Assembly: GCA_011364965.1 (NCBI GenBank)
Contig: RDOB01000003.1
Coordinates: 272,939-336,938 of the forward strand
Direction of reading: 5' to 3'
DNA length: 64,000 nucleotides
Origin: Candidatus Heimdallarchaeota archaeon
Lineage (GTDB): Archaea; Asgardarchaeota; Heimdallarchaeia; Hodarchaeales; Hodarchaeaceae
In this document: piece after piece, positions 31,402-41,270 of the stretch
How the letters are laid out: each line of letters begins with the position of its first letter
Numbering within the stretch: the stretch's first letter is position 1
Program-made: the position numbers and the translations under genes
The notes under the pieces: generated by a model
Seen by the model: only the letters and a program-made list of their open reading frames with translations
Database searches by the model: none
What the model was told of the DNA's origin: nothing

Positions 31402-32952
31402 TCAATTCTCCATCTGATAAATCACATCCAAGTGCGTTCCATCTCGATATTCAACTAAGCTTACTATTTTCTCTGTTAGATTGGCATTAGCTGGTGCAAC
31501 AAGACTCTCCGCTTCATCCTTCAACTGTTCAATTGATCTAACTGCAATCCCTCCCTCTTTAAGTCGCTTAATCAGTTTTTCACGCTTAGGGGTCAATTGA
31601 TGATTGATTGCAACTCCAGATTCCGTGATGATTATGTCTACGCTATCTCCTGGAGTAGATACAGTAGTTACAGAAGATCGAATTGTAGGAACTTTACGTG
31701 CCAACGGAGTAAGAATCATGCTGATCTTTGCACGTGCAGCGTCCTGATGACCTCCAATACCTGAGTTTAATAGACCATTACTGAACGTATTACAATTTGT
31801 GTTGAAATTTACATCTACCTCTGTGGCACCAAGGGCGCTAAAATCAGTATTATTTGCAATACAGCCCTTATTAAATGGATTATAAGCATGGTCGATTGAC
31901 ATCTCAATATGGCGGGGATTGTCTCTCAAAGAGTTAACAGCAGCAAGGTCAAAAGATTGTGCATCATAAATTACATTAAATAAATCAGCTTCAAGTAATT
32001 CAACTGAATTTTTAGCAATTCCGCCAAAAATATAACCCCCTTTGAGATTCTTATCCTCCATTAATTCTTTAAGAAAAATAGCGGAGGCGATCGAGGTTCC
32101 ACCAGCTCCAGCTTGCCAATTAAATCCATTAACAAGAAATCCAGATAACCACATGACATCAACAGCGGTCTGAGCAATTTTAAGACGATCTTCATCGATC
32201 TGGCGACCAAGACTCCCTGTTGCGATTTTATTAGGATCGCCGATATTGTCAACCTCGAGAATTGCATCAACTCTAGAAGAAGGAATACTTACACGAGAGA
32301 GCGGAGACTCAGAAATAGTATCCGTGACTCCAATAACTGTCTTCGCATATAGCGAGTCAGTTTCTAGAGGATACCCAAGACTTCCAAAATTGTGTTTCCC
32401 ATCTATACCATTCAAATTTCCTAAATAATCAGCAGTAGACGCTCCAATAAATGCAATGTCGATATTTAGACTTCCATCTTGCACAGCACGGGCGCGACCT
32501 CCGTGCGACCTCAAAACTGTAGGAATTTCGATTTCACCTTTACTAACAGCGTGACCAATTGGGCCATTCATGCTAGATTCGATCTTTCCGATCACACCAG
32601 ATTCAATATGTTCAATCAAGGGTGCATGAGCTGGAAATAATGCAGTAGATGCAAGGTTGATGTTTTTAATATTATAAGATGCCATGCAATTGATAATCGG
32701 TAAAATGATATTATCGCCTTCCCTAAGTGAGTGATGAAATGAGATTGTTATCCCATTTTTTGGAGAGAGGATTGTAAAGAGTTCATCAATTGAGTCATAG
32801 AATCTACGAGTCTTTCTAGTGACAAAATTTTTCTGATAGGGAGCACAGATCTTCTTTCCTATTATCTTACTGTTATGGATTCCTTTATATGGCCGAATTT
32901 TTGTTCCAAAGACAGAACTAGGAAATTTGCGGCCTAAAATATTTTTTGCCAC
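31402..32952 (-). CDS. citF: Citrate lyase alpha chain (citrate CoA-transferase)
   Basis: TISFHHSLREGD, RSHGGRARA, QAGAGG, ATEVDVNFN.N, GGHQD, TPG..VD, VEYRDGT..D; probable GTG start 32952. Confidence 0.93.
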   Translation of the reverse strand: MAKNILGRKFPSSVFGTKIRPYKGIHNSKIIGKKICAPYQKNFVTRKTRRFYDSIDELFTILSPKNGITISFHHSLREGDNIILPIINCMASYNIKNINLASTALFPAHAPLIEHIESGVIGKIESSMNGPIGHAVSKGEIEIPTVLRSHGGRARAVQDGSLNIDIAFIGASTADYLGNLNGIDGKHNFGSLGYPLETDSLYAKTVIGVTDTISESPLSRVSIPSSRVDAILEVDNIGDPNKIATGSLGRQIDEDRLKIAQTAVDVMWLSGFLVNGFNWQAGAGGTSIASAIFLKELMEDKNLKGGYIFGGIAKNSVELLEADLFNVIYDAQSFDLAAVNSLRDNPRHIEMSIDHAYNPFNKGCIANNTDFSALGATEVDVNFNTNCNTFSNGLLNSGIGGHQDAARAKISMILTPLARKVPTIRSSVTTVSTPGDSVDIIITESGVAINHQLTPKREKLIKRLKEGGIAVRSIEQLKDEAESLVAPANANLTEKIVSLVEYRDGTHLDVIYQMEN

Positions 32953-33093
32953 GCTTGCAACACCCTTTTCTAGTCTGAGAAGACACGAGTAATGCAAACG
33001 AAAAATACTTTGATAGTCTACAAAACCTTATTTTTAATTTTGTTTTATTTACAATTTCAAACAATAAAGAATTTTAAGATATTTTAAGGTAAA

Positions 33094-33870
33094 GTGTTAA
33101 GAATGGCTGATCCTTGGGAAACGAAAATTACCGAAGTAAAACCAAATAAATTATCTATACGGGGTTATAAATTAGACGATTTAATAGGAAATGTTAGCTA
33201 TACTATGGGGATTTTTTTATTATTAAGAGGAAGATTACCTTCAGAGTCTGAACAAAAAGTCTTTAATGCTATTCTAGTAGCAACGATGGATCATGGCGTC
33301 ACAGCTCCGAGTGCAGTTGCAGCTCGAACAGTAGCATCTTGTGGTGTACCAATCACAACTGCACTAGCTGCAGGAATTCTTGCAGTTGGTGATTATCATG
33401 GAGGAGCTGGAGAGCAGTGTATGAGATATCTTCAAACAATATTATTAAACAAACCTGAGAATCAGAGCTTACCAGAACTCGCAGAAAGGGCTGTAAAAAG
33501 CAGTAGGGAAAGAAAAGAAAGGATCCCTGGATATGGTCACCGTTATCATACAGATGATCCTAGAACAAAAAAATTACTCGAAATTGCAAAAGAATCAAAC
33601 ATAATAGAAAATTATACCACCCTTGCTCTCCTTATAGAGAATGAACTCCAAAAACAATCTGGAAGAATTTTACCTCTAAATGTGGATGGAGCAATTGGCG
33701 CGTTATTAGGAGACATGGGGTTTCCTCCCGAGGTTGGCAAAGCGATATTTGCCATTTCGCGTATCACTGGATTAACAGCACATGTTCTCGAAGAACTAAA
33801 AGAGCGCCCAGTTAGAACAATCATTCCAGAACAAGCGAAATATACTGGACCTCAAAATAAGAAAATTTGA
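33094..33870 (+). CDS. Citryl-CoA lyase (short citrate synthase-like family)
   Basis: DHG..APS..AAR, HGGA, IPGYGHR, DPR, NVDG, R..GL.AH..EE; about 255 aa, typical Ccl length. Confidence 0.85.
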   Translation: MLRMADPWETKITEVKPNKLSIRGYKLDDLIGNVSYTMGIFLLLRGRLPSESEQKVFNAILVATMDHGVTAPSAVAARTVASCGVPITTALAAGILAVGDYHGGAGEQCMRYLQTILLNKPENQSLPELAERAVKSSRERKERIPGYGHRYHTDDPRTKKLLEIAKESNIIENYTTLALLIENELQKQSGRILPLNVDGAIGALLGDMGFPPEVGKAIFAISRITGLTAHVLEELKERPVRTIIPEQAKYTGPQNKKI

Positions 33871-33892
33871 TATAATTTATTCGGGTGATTTT

Positions 33893-35194
33893 TTGCCATC
33901 GAATTATGACAGTATAATTATAGGTTCAGGAATTTCAGGGGCTACTCTCGCAAGACAATTAGTACAAAATGGACAGAAAGTTCTACTTCTTGAAAAAGGA
34001 GGTTACCACAAATTGTTAGGCAATCATCTAGCGATTATAAGGATAGCAGACCGAAAAGGATTTCGCTATACAAAGGAACACCTACTTGTAGCCTCAGGAA
34101 TCACAATAGGAGGATCATCAGTTATCTCTGCTGGTACTGCATACCGTCCGCCTCCAGGATTTTTTAAAAAATGGAGAATAGACTTGGAAAATGAATTAAA
34201 TGAAGCAGAGGAAGAATCAGGAGCAAGAGTCTTACCAGATGAATTAATTGGAAAAGGATCTCTACATCTAATGGAAGCAGGTAACCGTCTAGGACAGAAA
34301 TGGGAACGATTACCAAAATTTATTCATCCAGAGAAATGTAAATCTGGTTGTCCTTCTTGTATGTTGGGATGTAAAAATGGAGCGAAATTCACTGCAAGAC
34401 CAATAATCGAAGAAGCAAAATCTAGTGGCTTAGAAATTCAGAAAAGGAGGATAGATCGCGTAATAATAAGAAACGGAGAGGTTAGAGGGGTAAAACCTTC
34501 ATTAGGACATGAAATTCACGCAAATCGAGTTATAATTTCAGCGGGAGGGATTCATTCTCCGATCATACTTCAACGATCTGGTTTCGAGCAAGCAGGAAAA
34601 AATTTTTTTATGGATCCAATGGTTGTTACCTACGGTATAAGCCCAAAAAAAGAATACCGAACAATAAAAGATAATCCGATGTCTGTGGGATCTTATAAAT
34701 TTCACAAAACTGATGGAATTTTACTTAGCCCGATTGTGGATCCATGGGGTCTATTTCTATTAACCTATGGCTATCAAAAAACACCTTGGGACATCTTGAA
34801 AATTCGTCATTATTTCCGATTAATGGGAATTATGGCTAAAACAAAAGATAGTAAATCAGGAGAAATAAAATCTGGCCGCTTGGGAGTTTCAATTTCCAAG
34901 AAACTTTCAGAAGAAGACAAGAAAAGATTGGAAATAGGTTTTAACCTATCAAAAGAAGTATTGATAGAAGCAGGGGCAAATCCATGCAAAATATTTAGAA
35001 CTTCAATTAGAGGAGCTCATCCAGGTGGTTCTAATAGCATTGGTGACGTCGTTAATTCAGATCTAGAAACTGAAATCCCTAATTTATTTGTATGCGATGC
35101 AAGTGTCTTACCCCACTCTATGGCAAGTCCACTTGTAATTACTTTGATGGCGTTTGCTAAAAGATTAGGAAAACACATAATAAACAGTAGTTAA
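33893..35194 (+). CDS. GMC family FAD oxidoreductase
   Basis: GSGISG, GGSS, C..C..C..GC..GAK, AGGIHSP.IL.RSG, HPGG, NLFVCDASV.P. Confidence 0.88.
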   Translation: MPSNYDSIIIGSGISGATLARQLVQNGQKVLLLEKGGYHKLLGNHLAIIRIADRKGFRYTKEHLLVASGITIGGSSVISAGTAYRPPPGFFKKWRIDLENELNEAEEESGARVLPDELIGKGSLHLMEAGNRLGQKWERLPKFIHPEKCKSGCPSCMLGCKNGAKFTARPIIEEAKSSGLEIQKRRIDRVIIRNGEVRGVKPSLGHEIHANRVIISAGGIHSPIILQRSGFEQAGKNFFMDPMVVTYGISPKKEYRTIKDNPMSVGSYKFHKTDGILLSPIVDPWGLFLLTYGYQKTPWDILKIRHYFRLMGIMAKTKDSKSGEIKSGRLGVSISKKLSEEDKKRLEIGFNLSKEVLIEAGANPCKIFRTSIRGAHPGGSNSIGDVVNSDLETEIPNLFVCDASVLPHSMASPLVITLMAFAKRLGKHIINSS

Positions 35195-35213
35195 ATCTTC
35201 ATTTTACCTTTAA

Positions 35214-36494
35214 TTAACTCATCATTTTTAAATTGTTTGTTTCTGGTTCAGAATGAATTTCTTTCGCTGTTTTTAAAGCTCGCTTAAGTAAAAGAGGGCC
35301 AACTATCTCAGCTATTAAAACACTGACCGCTATGATATCCAACAATAGTATTGCTGTATTTGTGGCAGAAACGCTGATCTCGATGAACCTACTATAAGCA
35401 AATGCTGCTAAACCTAAAGCTACTCCAGCTTGGGTTAAAATCGCATATGGGAGGTTTATTCTAACTTTTCTAGGCATTTTTGCTGATGAAGCTGTTGTAT
35501 ATGTTCCAATATATTTTCCAATAGCCCTTGAAACAAAATAAACAAAAATTGTCAGGAAAGTGGGAGTGATTAACAAGCTAAGATCCATCTCATATCCAAC
35601 CAATATGAAAAATAACGCAATGAAAGGCGCAGAGAGACGCTCAACCCCTCTGACACATACTTTGTTTTCACATCTGGCCATTGTGCTTAATGTTAATCCA
35701 AAGACAATACAACTTAGAACAACGGAAAGGTGGAGTAAACCAGATAACGCAATACAGATTAAAATAGTTGGAAATACATATTCAGCCGATTAATAAGCCT
35801 GAATCCCCTCTATATGAAGGAGTTTCATCAATATTGCCAATAAAACCCCCAAGATTATTGAACCCAATACTTCGATAATTATTGGCATTAATATAGAAAT
35901 TAAAGACAATCTAACTCCAAGAAAAATAGATTCAGAATAGCTCAAGGCAATATTGAAGAAAAGGATGGCAATAATGTCATCAAAAGCGATGATAAAGAGA
36001 ATCGTCTGTGATAATGATCCATAAGCATTATACTCCTTTATCACTTCAGAGGTGGAAGCTGGAGCTGTGGCCATAGCAATTGCTCCCAATAATATTGAAA
36101 GTATAAAATTTTGAGAAAATATGAAAACAAATATTGTTACCACAGCAAAAGCGCCAAATACTTCCCCTAAAAGAATAATAGGTAAACCCCATGAAGTTTC
36201 ACGTAATTTTCGTACATCTAAATGGGCTCCAATGCTGTAACCGATGTATCCAAGCGATATGGTTGTGATAACATAATGAATCGTCTGATCAGGGGGAGTA
36301 GGAAAGCTAAAAGTGAAGAGGTTTGCAGTAAAAGCAGAGAGGAATTGTAAAGCCATTCCACCGACTATCAGACCAAGAACCTAAGGAATCCCCCGTTTTC
36401 CAAGTCCTTTAGCAACAACTAAGGATACGATGATGATTACACCAATCTCTAATATGAAAATTAAAACATCTTCATTTGTTGTATTGGTTAACAT
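35214..36494 (-). pseudogene. Cation:proton antiporter (CPA2/Kef family) interrupted by two in-frame stops
   Basis: One frame of 427 codons from ATG 36494 with TAG at 36381-36383 and TAA at 35790-35792; motifs ATAPA, AFDD, FFILVG, RAIGK, QAGVALGLA, E.VGP. Confidence 0.85.
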
Positions 36495-36715
36495 ATTTAA
36501 ATCAACTTTTGAAACTTAATTCATGCCTTCTCGGTTTATCTTTGGCTTTACATCCTCTGAAAAGAGCTATTGACGATTTTTTTTATTTTTAATCCAAATG
36601 AGATCAAAGAATTCTAAGATGATGTATTCCTCGCCGATATATACTTTTAAAAAAGATTCAGCTCTATAACCTAGGTAAATAACTTTTAGGTTTTAGCTAT
36701 TGATAGGTAGATTAT

Positions 36716-38836
36716 ATGAGACAAAAGCAAATAAAAAGGTATGTATGCAGGTTCGTAATAGCTTTATTTATTTTAGCTACTATTTTTCCAGTGTATCTTC
36801 AGTGTAATTTGGATCTCTCGCTAGCAATACCAACTGAATCTTCAACTCTTCCAATCAACTCTACAGATATATTAATTGAACTAAAGAAAAATTCTACGGG
36901 AATCGGTCTCCATTCATCCTTGAAATTTACTTTTAATTTAACAAATACCCTACAGCAATCCATATACAATTTAAAAGCTTATTCTAATCAAACATCTTCT
37001 GATATTACATTAGATCAACCATTATATGAAGAATTTGTCCTTGAACCTGGTGCAAAGAAAACTTTTGATGTTATTGCTAAAATCACAAATAATATTTCCT
37101 CTACTTCAGCGGTAGATCTAGTGATCATCATTGATGCTAGTGGGAGTATGGGGGAGGAAATTAATTCTGTGAAGAACAAATTAAACGATCTTATAATGAT
37201 TTTGTCAACTGAAATTCCCGATCTCAGGATCGGAGCCATAGTTTATGGCTGGAGAGAGTACTCAGAATATCCTGCCTCCCATTTGTCAAACTATCTCCCT
37301 TTTACTTCGAATTTTGAAGACATTAAGGACTTTATCAATAGTTTATACGCCAGTGGAACTTATGAACCTTGGGGTGACGCGCTATGGCTAGCAAATTCAT
37401 GGAACTGGCGTGAGGCTGCTAATAAACTAATTATTATGGTAGGCGATGAAGATTGTGACCCAGGAAATCTAATAGGAAGAGACAGTATAGGTGATTCTTG
37501 GTATAATGGATCAGATCTAGTAGAAATTGTACTTGAATTGGAGGGTAAAGGTGTAATTATCAACACTATTGTAGCAGATAATCCTGATATGCATGTAGCT
37601 AATCAATTTGAATGGATTGCAGAACTAACTAGCGGCCAGTCGGTATATCTCCCAGATATGGAAGAAATTGGTGTTGACATCCCGAATTTAATAACAGAAT
37701 GGACTTTAGAGTTAAGTCGGGAATATTCACACTCCTACAATCTTACTGTAACGTGGGAAAATAGTAATGGCACAATTTATCGAAATACAGCGATTGATAC
37801 CTTCTGGCTTGATTTAACCCCTCCATCAGTGACTGTTTCAGAAACAATCATTAAGATTGGGTTGAATATGTATGCAGTGGAATTTATTGCTCAAGTTGTG
37901 GATATCACGTCAGTAAATTATGTTAATTTATATTATAAAGGAGAAGGATCCTGGGAGCTCACTCCCATGACTTTGTTGCCTAATAGTTCTAATTATTGGG
38001 CTCGAATTGAAAATCTTGAAGGTAGATATAATTTAACTTATTTTGTTGAGGCAGCTGATGGGTTGGGAAATTCAGGAACGACGCCAGATAAATGGATAAT
38101 AGTCGAAGAGGCTCCTGCACTCTTGGGAAAGGAGTATTCTCTTTGGATGGATCCTGAGGAACAATCTCTAACTCAATTTGAGAATAATGGTACACTTAAT
38201 GAATTTTATCTTATTCTAAGTACCGAGGGAAACCTAAATATGGTATATGTAATACTAATCGATTTATCTACAAACTCATCTATTCCCCTCACACAAAATT
38301 ACGTTGTAAATGCTAGCTCTTCGCTTAATAGACAATTTTTCCCTCTAAATCTCACTACAGGCTTATATGCACTAAATATTACGCTTTCCAATGATAGTGA
38401 AGCATTTCTTTTTTCTTACGTTTGGTTGAAAAAAATTGATGTCACTAAAGACAGAGTAAGTGGTACCATGACCGAGGATATTCGAGTTCACGCCTATCAA
38501 TGGCCCAATGCGATTGAAGGGTGGTTTTTTAGCATTGTCTATGAAGTAAATGATCCACTTGTAGTTTATGCTGAAATATATAGAACCAATTTAAGTTGGG
38601 TTGGAAGGTTCACAGGTGGATCTGCACAGCAAATTCCTGTAAATGGAACCTATCTCATATTTATTTGGGCAACATTAAGGATTGGTACATATGAAATTAT
38701 TCATTCAAAAAATCCATATGTAACTGATGATCCCTATAGAACAACTCATACTGCGCAAACGCCTCTTCCAGGCTTCCCAGTCATAATTACTTTATCTATG
38801 ATTAGCTTTCTTGTTATTGGTAGAAGGAAACGGTAA
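36716..38836 (+). CDS. Secreted vWA-domain surface glycoprotein with PGF-CTERM-like anchor
   Basis: Signal peptide; MIDAS DASGSM, 'EPWGDAL', 'VGDE'; many N-x-S/T sequons; C-terminal T-rich, PGF, TM, RRKR. Confidence 0.85.
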   Translation: MRQKQIKRYVCRFVIALFILATIFPVYLQCNLDLSLAIPTESSTLPINSTDILIELKKNSTGIGLHSSLKFTFNLTNTLQQSIYNLKAYSNQTSSDITLDQPLYEEFVLEPGAKKTFDVIAKITNNISSTSAVDLVIIIDASGSMGEEINSVKNKLNDLIMILSTEIPDLRIGAIVYGWREYSEYPASHLSNYLPFTSNFEDIKDFINSLYASGTYEPWGDALWLANSWNWREAANKLIIMVGDEDCDPGNLIGRDSIGDSWYNGSDLVEIVLELEGKGVIINTIVADNPDMHVANQFEWIAELTSGQSVYLPDMEEIGVDIPNLITEWTLELSREYSHSYNLTVTWENSNGTIYRNTAIDTFWLDLTPPSVTVSETIIKIGLNMYAVEFIAQVVDITSVNYVNLYYKGEGSWELTPMTLLPNSSNYWARIENLEGRYNLTYFVEAADGLGNSGTTPDKWIIVEEAPALLGKEYSLWMDPEEQSLTQFENNGTLNEFYLILSTEGNLNMVYVILIDLSTNSSIPLTQNYVVNASSSLNRQFFPLNLTTGLYALNITLSNDSEAFLFSYVWLKKIDVTKDRVSGTMTEDIRVHAYQWPNAIEGWFFSIVYEVNDPLVVYAEIYRTNLSWVGRFTGGSAQQIPVNGTYLIFIWATLRIGTYEIIHSKNPYVTDDPYRTTHTAQTPLPGFPVIITLSMISFLVIGRRKR

Positions 38837-38840
38837 TATC

Positions 38841-41168
38841 TTATTTTTTCCGATTCTTAGTTTCATTATCGAATAATTCATTAACTCTGTTTATCTTATG
38901 AGTTATTTTGGATGGTTCTAGTTTCTTAGTAAAAGTTTCAAGGAGCTTAGACTGTTCAGGAAGAGAATAACCGCATAAAGGGCAACGAGTTTCATGGGTT
39001 ATTTCATCAACTGAGATAAAATCCAGTTCACATGCAGAACATGAAAAGGGAAAAACCATTAGAGACGATGAGCAATTAGGGCAAGTTGATCTTCCCACAC
39101 TTCGAAGATCAACATAATCATCAAGACATACATATCTTTTACACTTAGTACATTGTAGATAATGAGTATTGGCAACCTCACTCATACAGATTTGGCAAGA
39201 AACAATAGGATGAGGTTTTAATAGGAGCATTTGGGATCTCATAATCAAAAAACGAGTTATATTACCGTAAATGCTCGATTTCCTCTTGATAACATTCGGA
39301 ACCTCTAAAGACGGAACCCCAAGAAGGGTAGTTAAATAATCAATTGGAAGAGCTTTACCTTGACTGAAGTCTCTAAACCAGCTTTCCATTTTCTGTTGTT
39401 GTTTAAATGACCACAATTCTTGTTTAATCTTAGGAGTAACGCGAATCCCTGCGAAAACTCCTGAAATTAAAATGAGAACACCAAATATAATTAGAATGCT
39501 TGAAGTGAGAGGATTGGAAAGACTGCTTCTCGGGTTCGTACCGAAAAAATATTCTAGATTATCGTTCCATCCATCCAAGTCTGAATCTGCAAATTGAGGG
39601 TTGGATCCAAATTTATATTCCTGTAAATTCGTTAATCCGTCTTTATCTGGATCCTCAGAGGCATCATTAATATTGGGAGTAAGAGAATTTTCATATTCAT
39701 AGAGATTGGGCATCCCATCATTATCTAGATCTGTATACGCATCATCATCGGTTCCAGCTAGAAGTCCATATAGATATTCATAAAGATTCGGCATACCATC
39801 TCTATCAGAGTCCTCATCAGCATCATTCTCTGCTACGCTCAAATTATTATTATATTCATATAAATTGGGGATCATATCGCCATCTAAATCTAGTGCTGCA
39901 TCATTTACTATTCCATTCAGTCCATAGATAAATTCGTATCCGTCTCGCATCAAATCGTCATCCGTATCATAATCTGTTGGATCTGTTCCATAGCTATACT
40001 CAAGATAATTAGATAAATCATCTAAATCTAAATCAGATAAGCGATCAATATTAGATCCAGGATCTAGACCAAATTGTAACTCCCAAACAGTTGGCATATC
40101 GTCAGAATCAAGATCAGACAGATTCCAGATACAAATAGTCGAGTCATCAGAACTTGAAGCAAGAATGCTTCCAGTACGGTCGAAATCCATATCCAAGATG
40201 GATAAGGAATGAGCAGACATATGACCAATTGTATTATTAGTATGAGTCCAGAAGCTAATTTGATGATCAAGTAATCCCACACATTGCGTAAATCCATCAG
40301 AACTTATTGCAATGGAACGTATCCAAGTATTATAAACATTATTTTGTACAAGGTTGTACGTTGAGCTATCCCAGTATTTTACTGTTTGATCATGAGAACC
40401 TGAAATAATATAATTCCCATCAGAAGAGAATTCTACGTCAATTACATTTCCTATATGTTCTGCTAATGTACTAATACTAGTAAAACTAGTTATATTCCAA
40501 ATCTTTAAAGAATCATCATAAGAACCAGAAACCAAATATTCTCCATCTGGACTGAACTTAAGAGTCTTAATTCTGTCAGTATGACCAACTAAGCTTGTAA
40601 TAGAAGACCATGTAGTAGTATTCCAAAGAATAATTGTTTTATCATCAGATCCTGAAGCTAAAATATTTCCCTCGGGACTGAACCTAAGACTCCAAATTGG
40701 GCCAGTATGTCCTGTTAAGTTCTGAATCGGTTCCCCAGATGTAATATTCCAGATCAAAATTGTTTGATCATATGATCCAGATGCTAATAATTCTCCTGAA
40801 GGATGAAAAGCGATGGAGTAAACAGCTTGAGTGTGATCCTGAAGAGAGTTTATTAATACCCCTGTACTTATATTCCATAACATAATATTCGAATCTACAG
40901 AAGCTGATGCTAATATTGAATCAGTGGGAGAAAATTCAACATCCCATACCTCTGATGTATGATCAGTGAAGTTATAAATCAGTTTATCAACAGGATTTAA
41001 ATCAGATGTGTCATGATAGCTCATTTTGAAATGATTATTATTTAATAATGAAGGAGAACTTCCTATATTGATACTTATTACAAAACCTGCTGACAGAGCA
41101 GCAAATACCAAGGATGAGAACATTAATGAGAAATAAATAATCCTTGCAATTATTACTGACGTTTTCAT
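38841..41168 (-). CDS. WD40 propeller + DxDxDG Ca-binding repeats + TM + cytoplasmic RING-like/zinc-ribbon protein
   Basis: About 7 WD repeats (LASGSYD.TI.IWN); many D.D.DGM.N..E repeats; TM; C-terminal Cys-pair clusters. Confidence 0.85.
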   Translation of the reverse strand: MKTSVIIARIIYFSLMFSSLVFAALSAGFVISINIGSSPSLLNNNHFKMSYHDTSDLNPVDKLIYNFTDHTSEVWDVEFSPTDSILASASVDSNIMLWNISTGVLINSLQDHTQAVYSIAFHPSGELLASGSYDQTILIWNITSGEPIQNLTGHTGPIWSLRFSPEGNILASGSDDKTIILWNTTTWSSITSLVGHTDRIKTLKFSPDGEYLVSGSYDDSLKIWNITSFTSISTLAEHIGNVIDVEFSSDGNYIISGSHDQTVKYWDSSTYNLVQNNVYNTWIRSIAISSDGFTQCVGLLDHQISFWTHTNNTIGHMSAHSLSILDMDFDRTGSILASSSDDSTICIWNLSDLDSDDMPTVWELQFGLDPGSNIDRLSDLDLDDLSNYLEYSYGTDPTDYDTDDDLMRDGYEFIYGLNGIVNDAALDLDGDMIPNLYEYNNNLSVAENDADEDSDRDGMPNLYEYLYGLLAGTDDDAYTDLDNDGMPNLYEYENSLTPNINDASEDPDKDGLTNLQEYKFGSNPQFADSDLDGWNDNLEYFFGTNPRSSLSNPLTSSILIIFGVLILISGVFAGIRVTPKIKQELWSFKQQQKMESWFRDFSQGKALPIDYLTTLLGVPSLEVPNVIKRKSSIYGNITRFLIMRSQMLLLKPHPIVSCQICMSEVANTHYLQCTKCKRYVCLDDYVDLRSVGRSTCPNCSSSLMVFPFSCSACELDFISVDEITHETRCPLCGYSLPEQSKLLETFTKKLEPSKITHKINRVNELFDNETKNRKK

Positions 41169-41270
41169 CTATAGTCGTTATTAATAGATCATTAGCATCT
41201 AAAAAGATTTTTATGTACGAGGATAATTTACATTCTATTAGTAGAAAAGATGTATTATGAAATAATATGT

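Noticed and set aside
35214-36494. Alternative genetic code (TAA/TAG as Gln) or pyrrolysine
   Set aside because: TAA and TAG end many conserved genes at their expected C-termini in this window
39560-40110. DNA-level repetitiveness (TCATC/ATCT-rich)
   Set aside because: Explained by the protein's DxDxDG repeats; not a non-coding array
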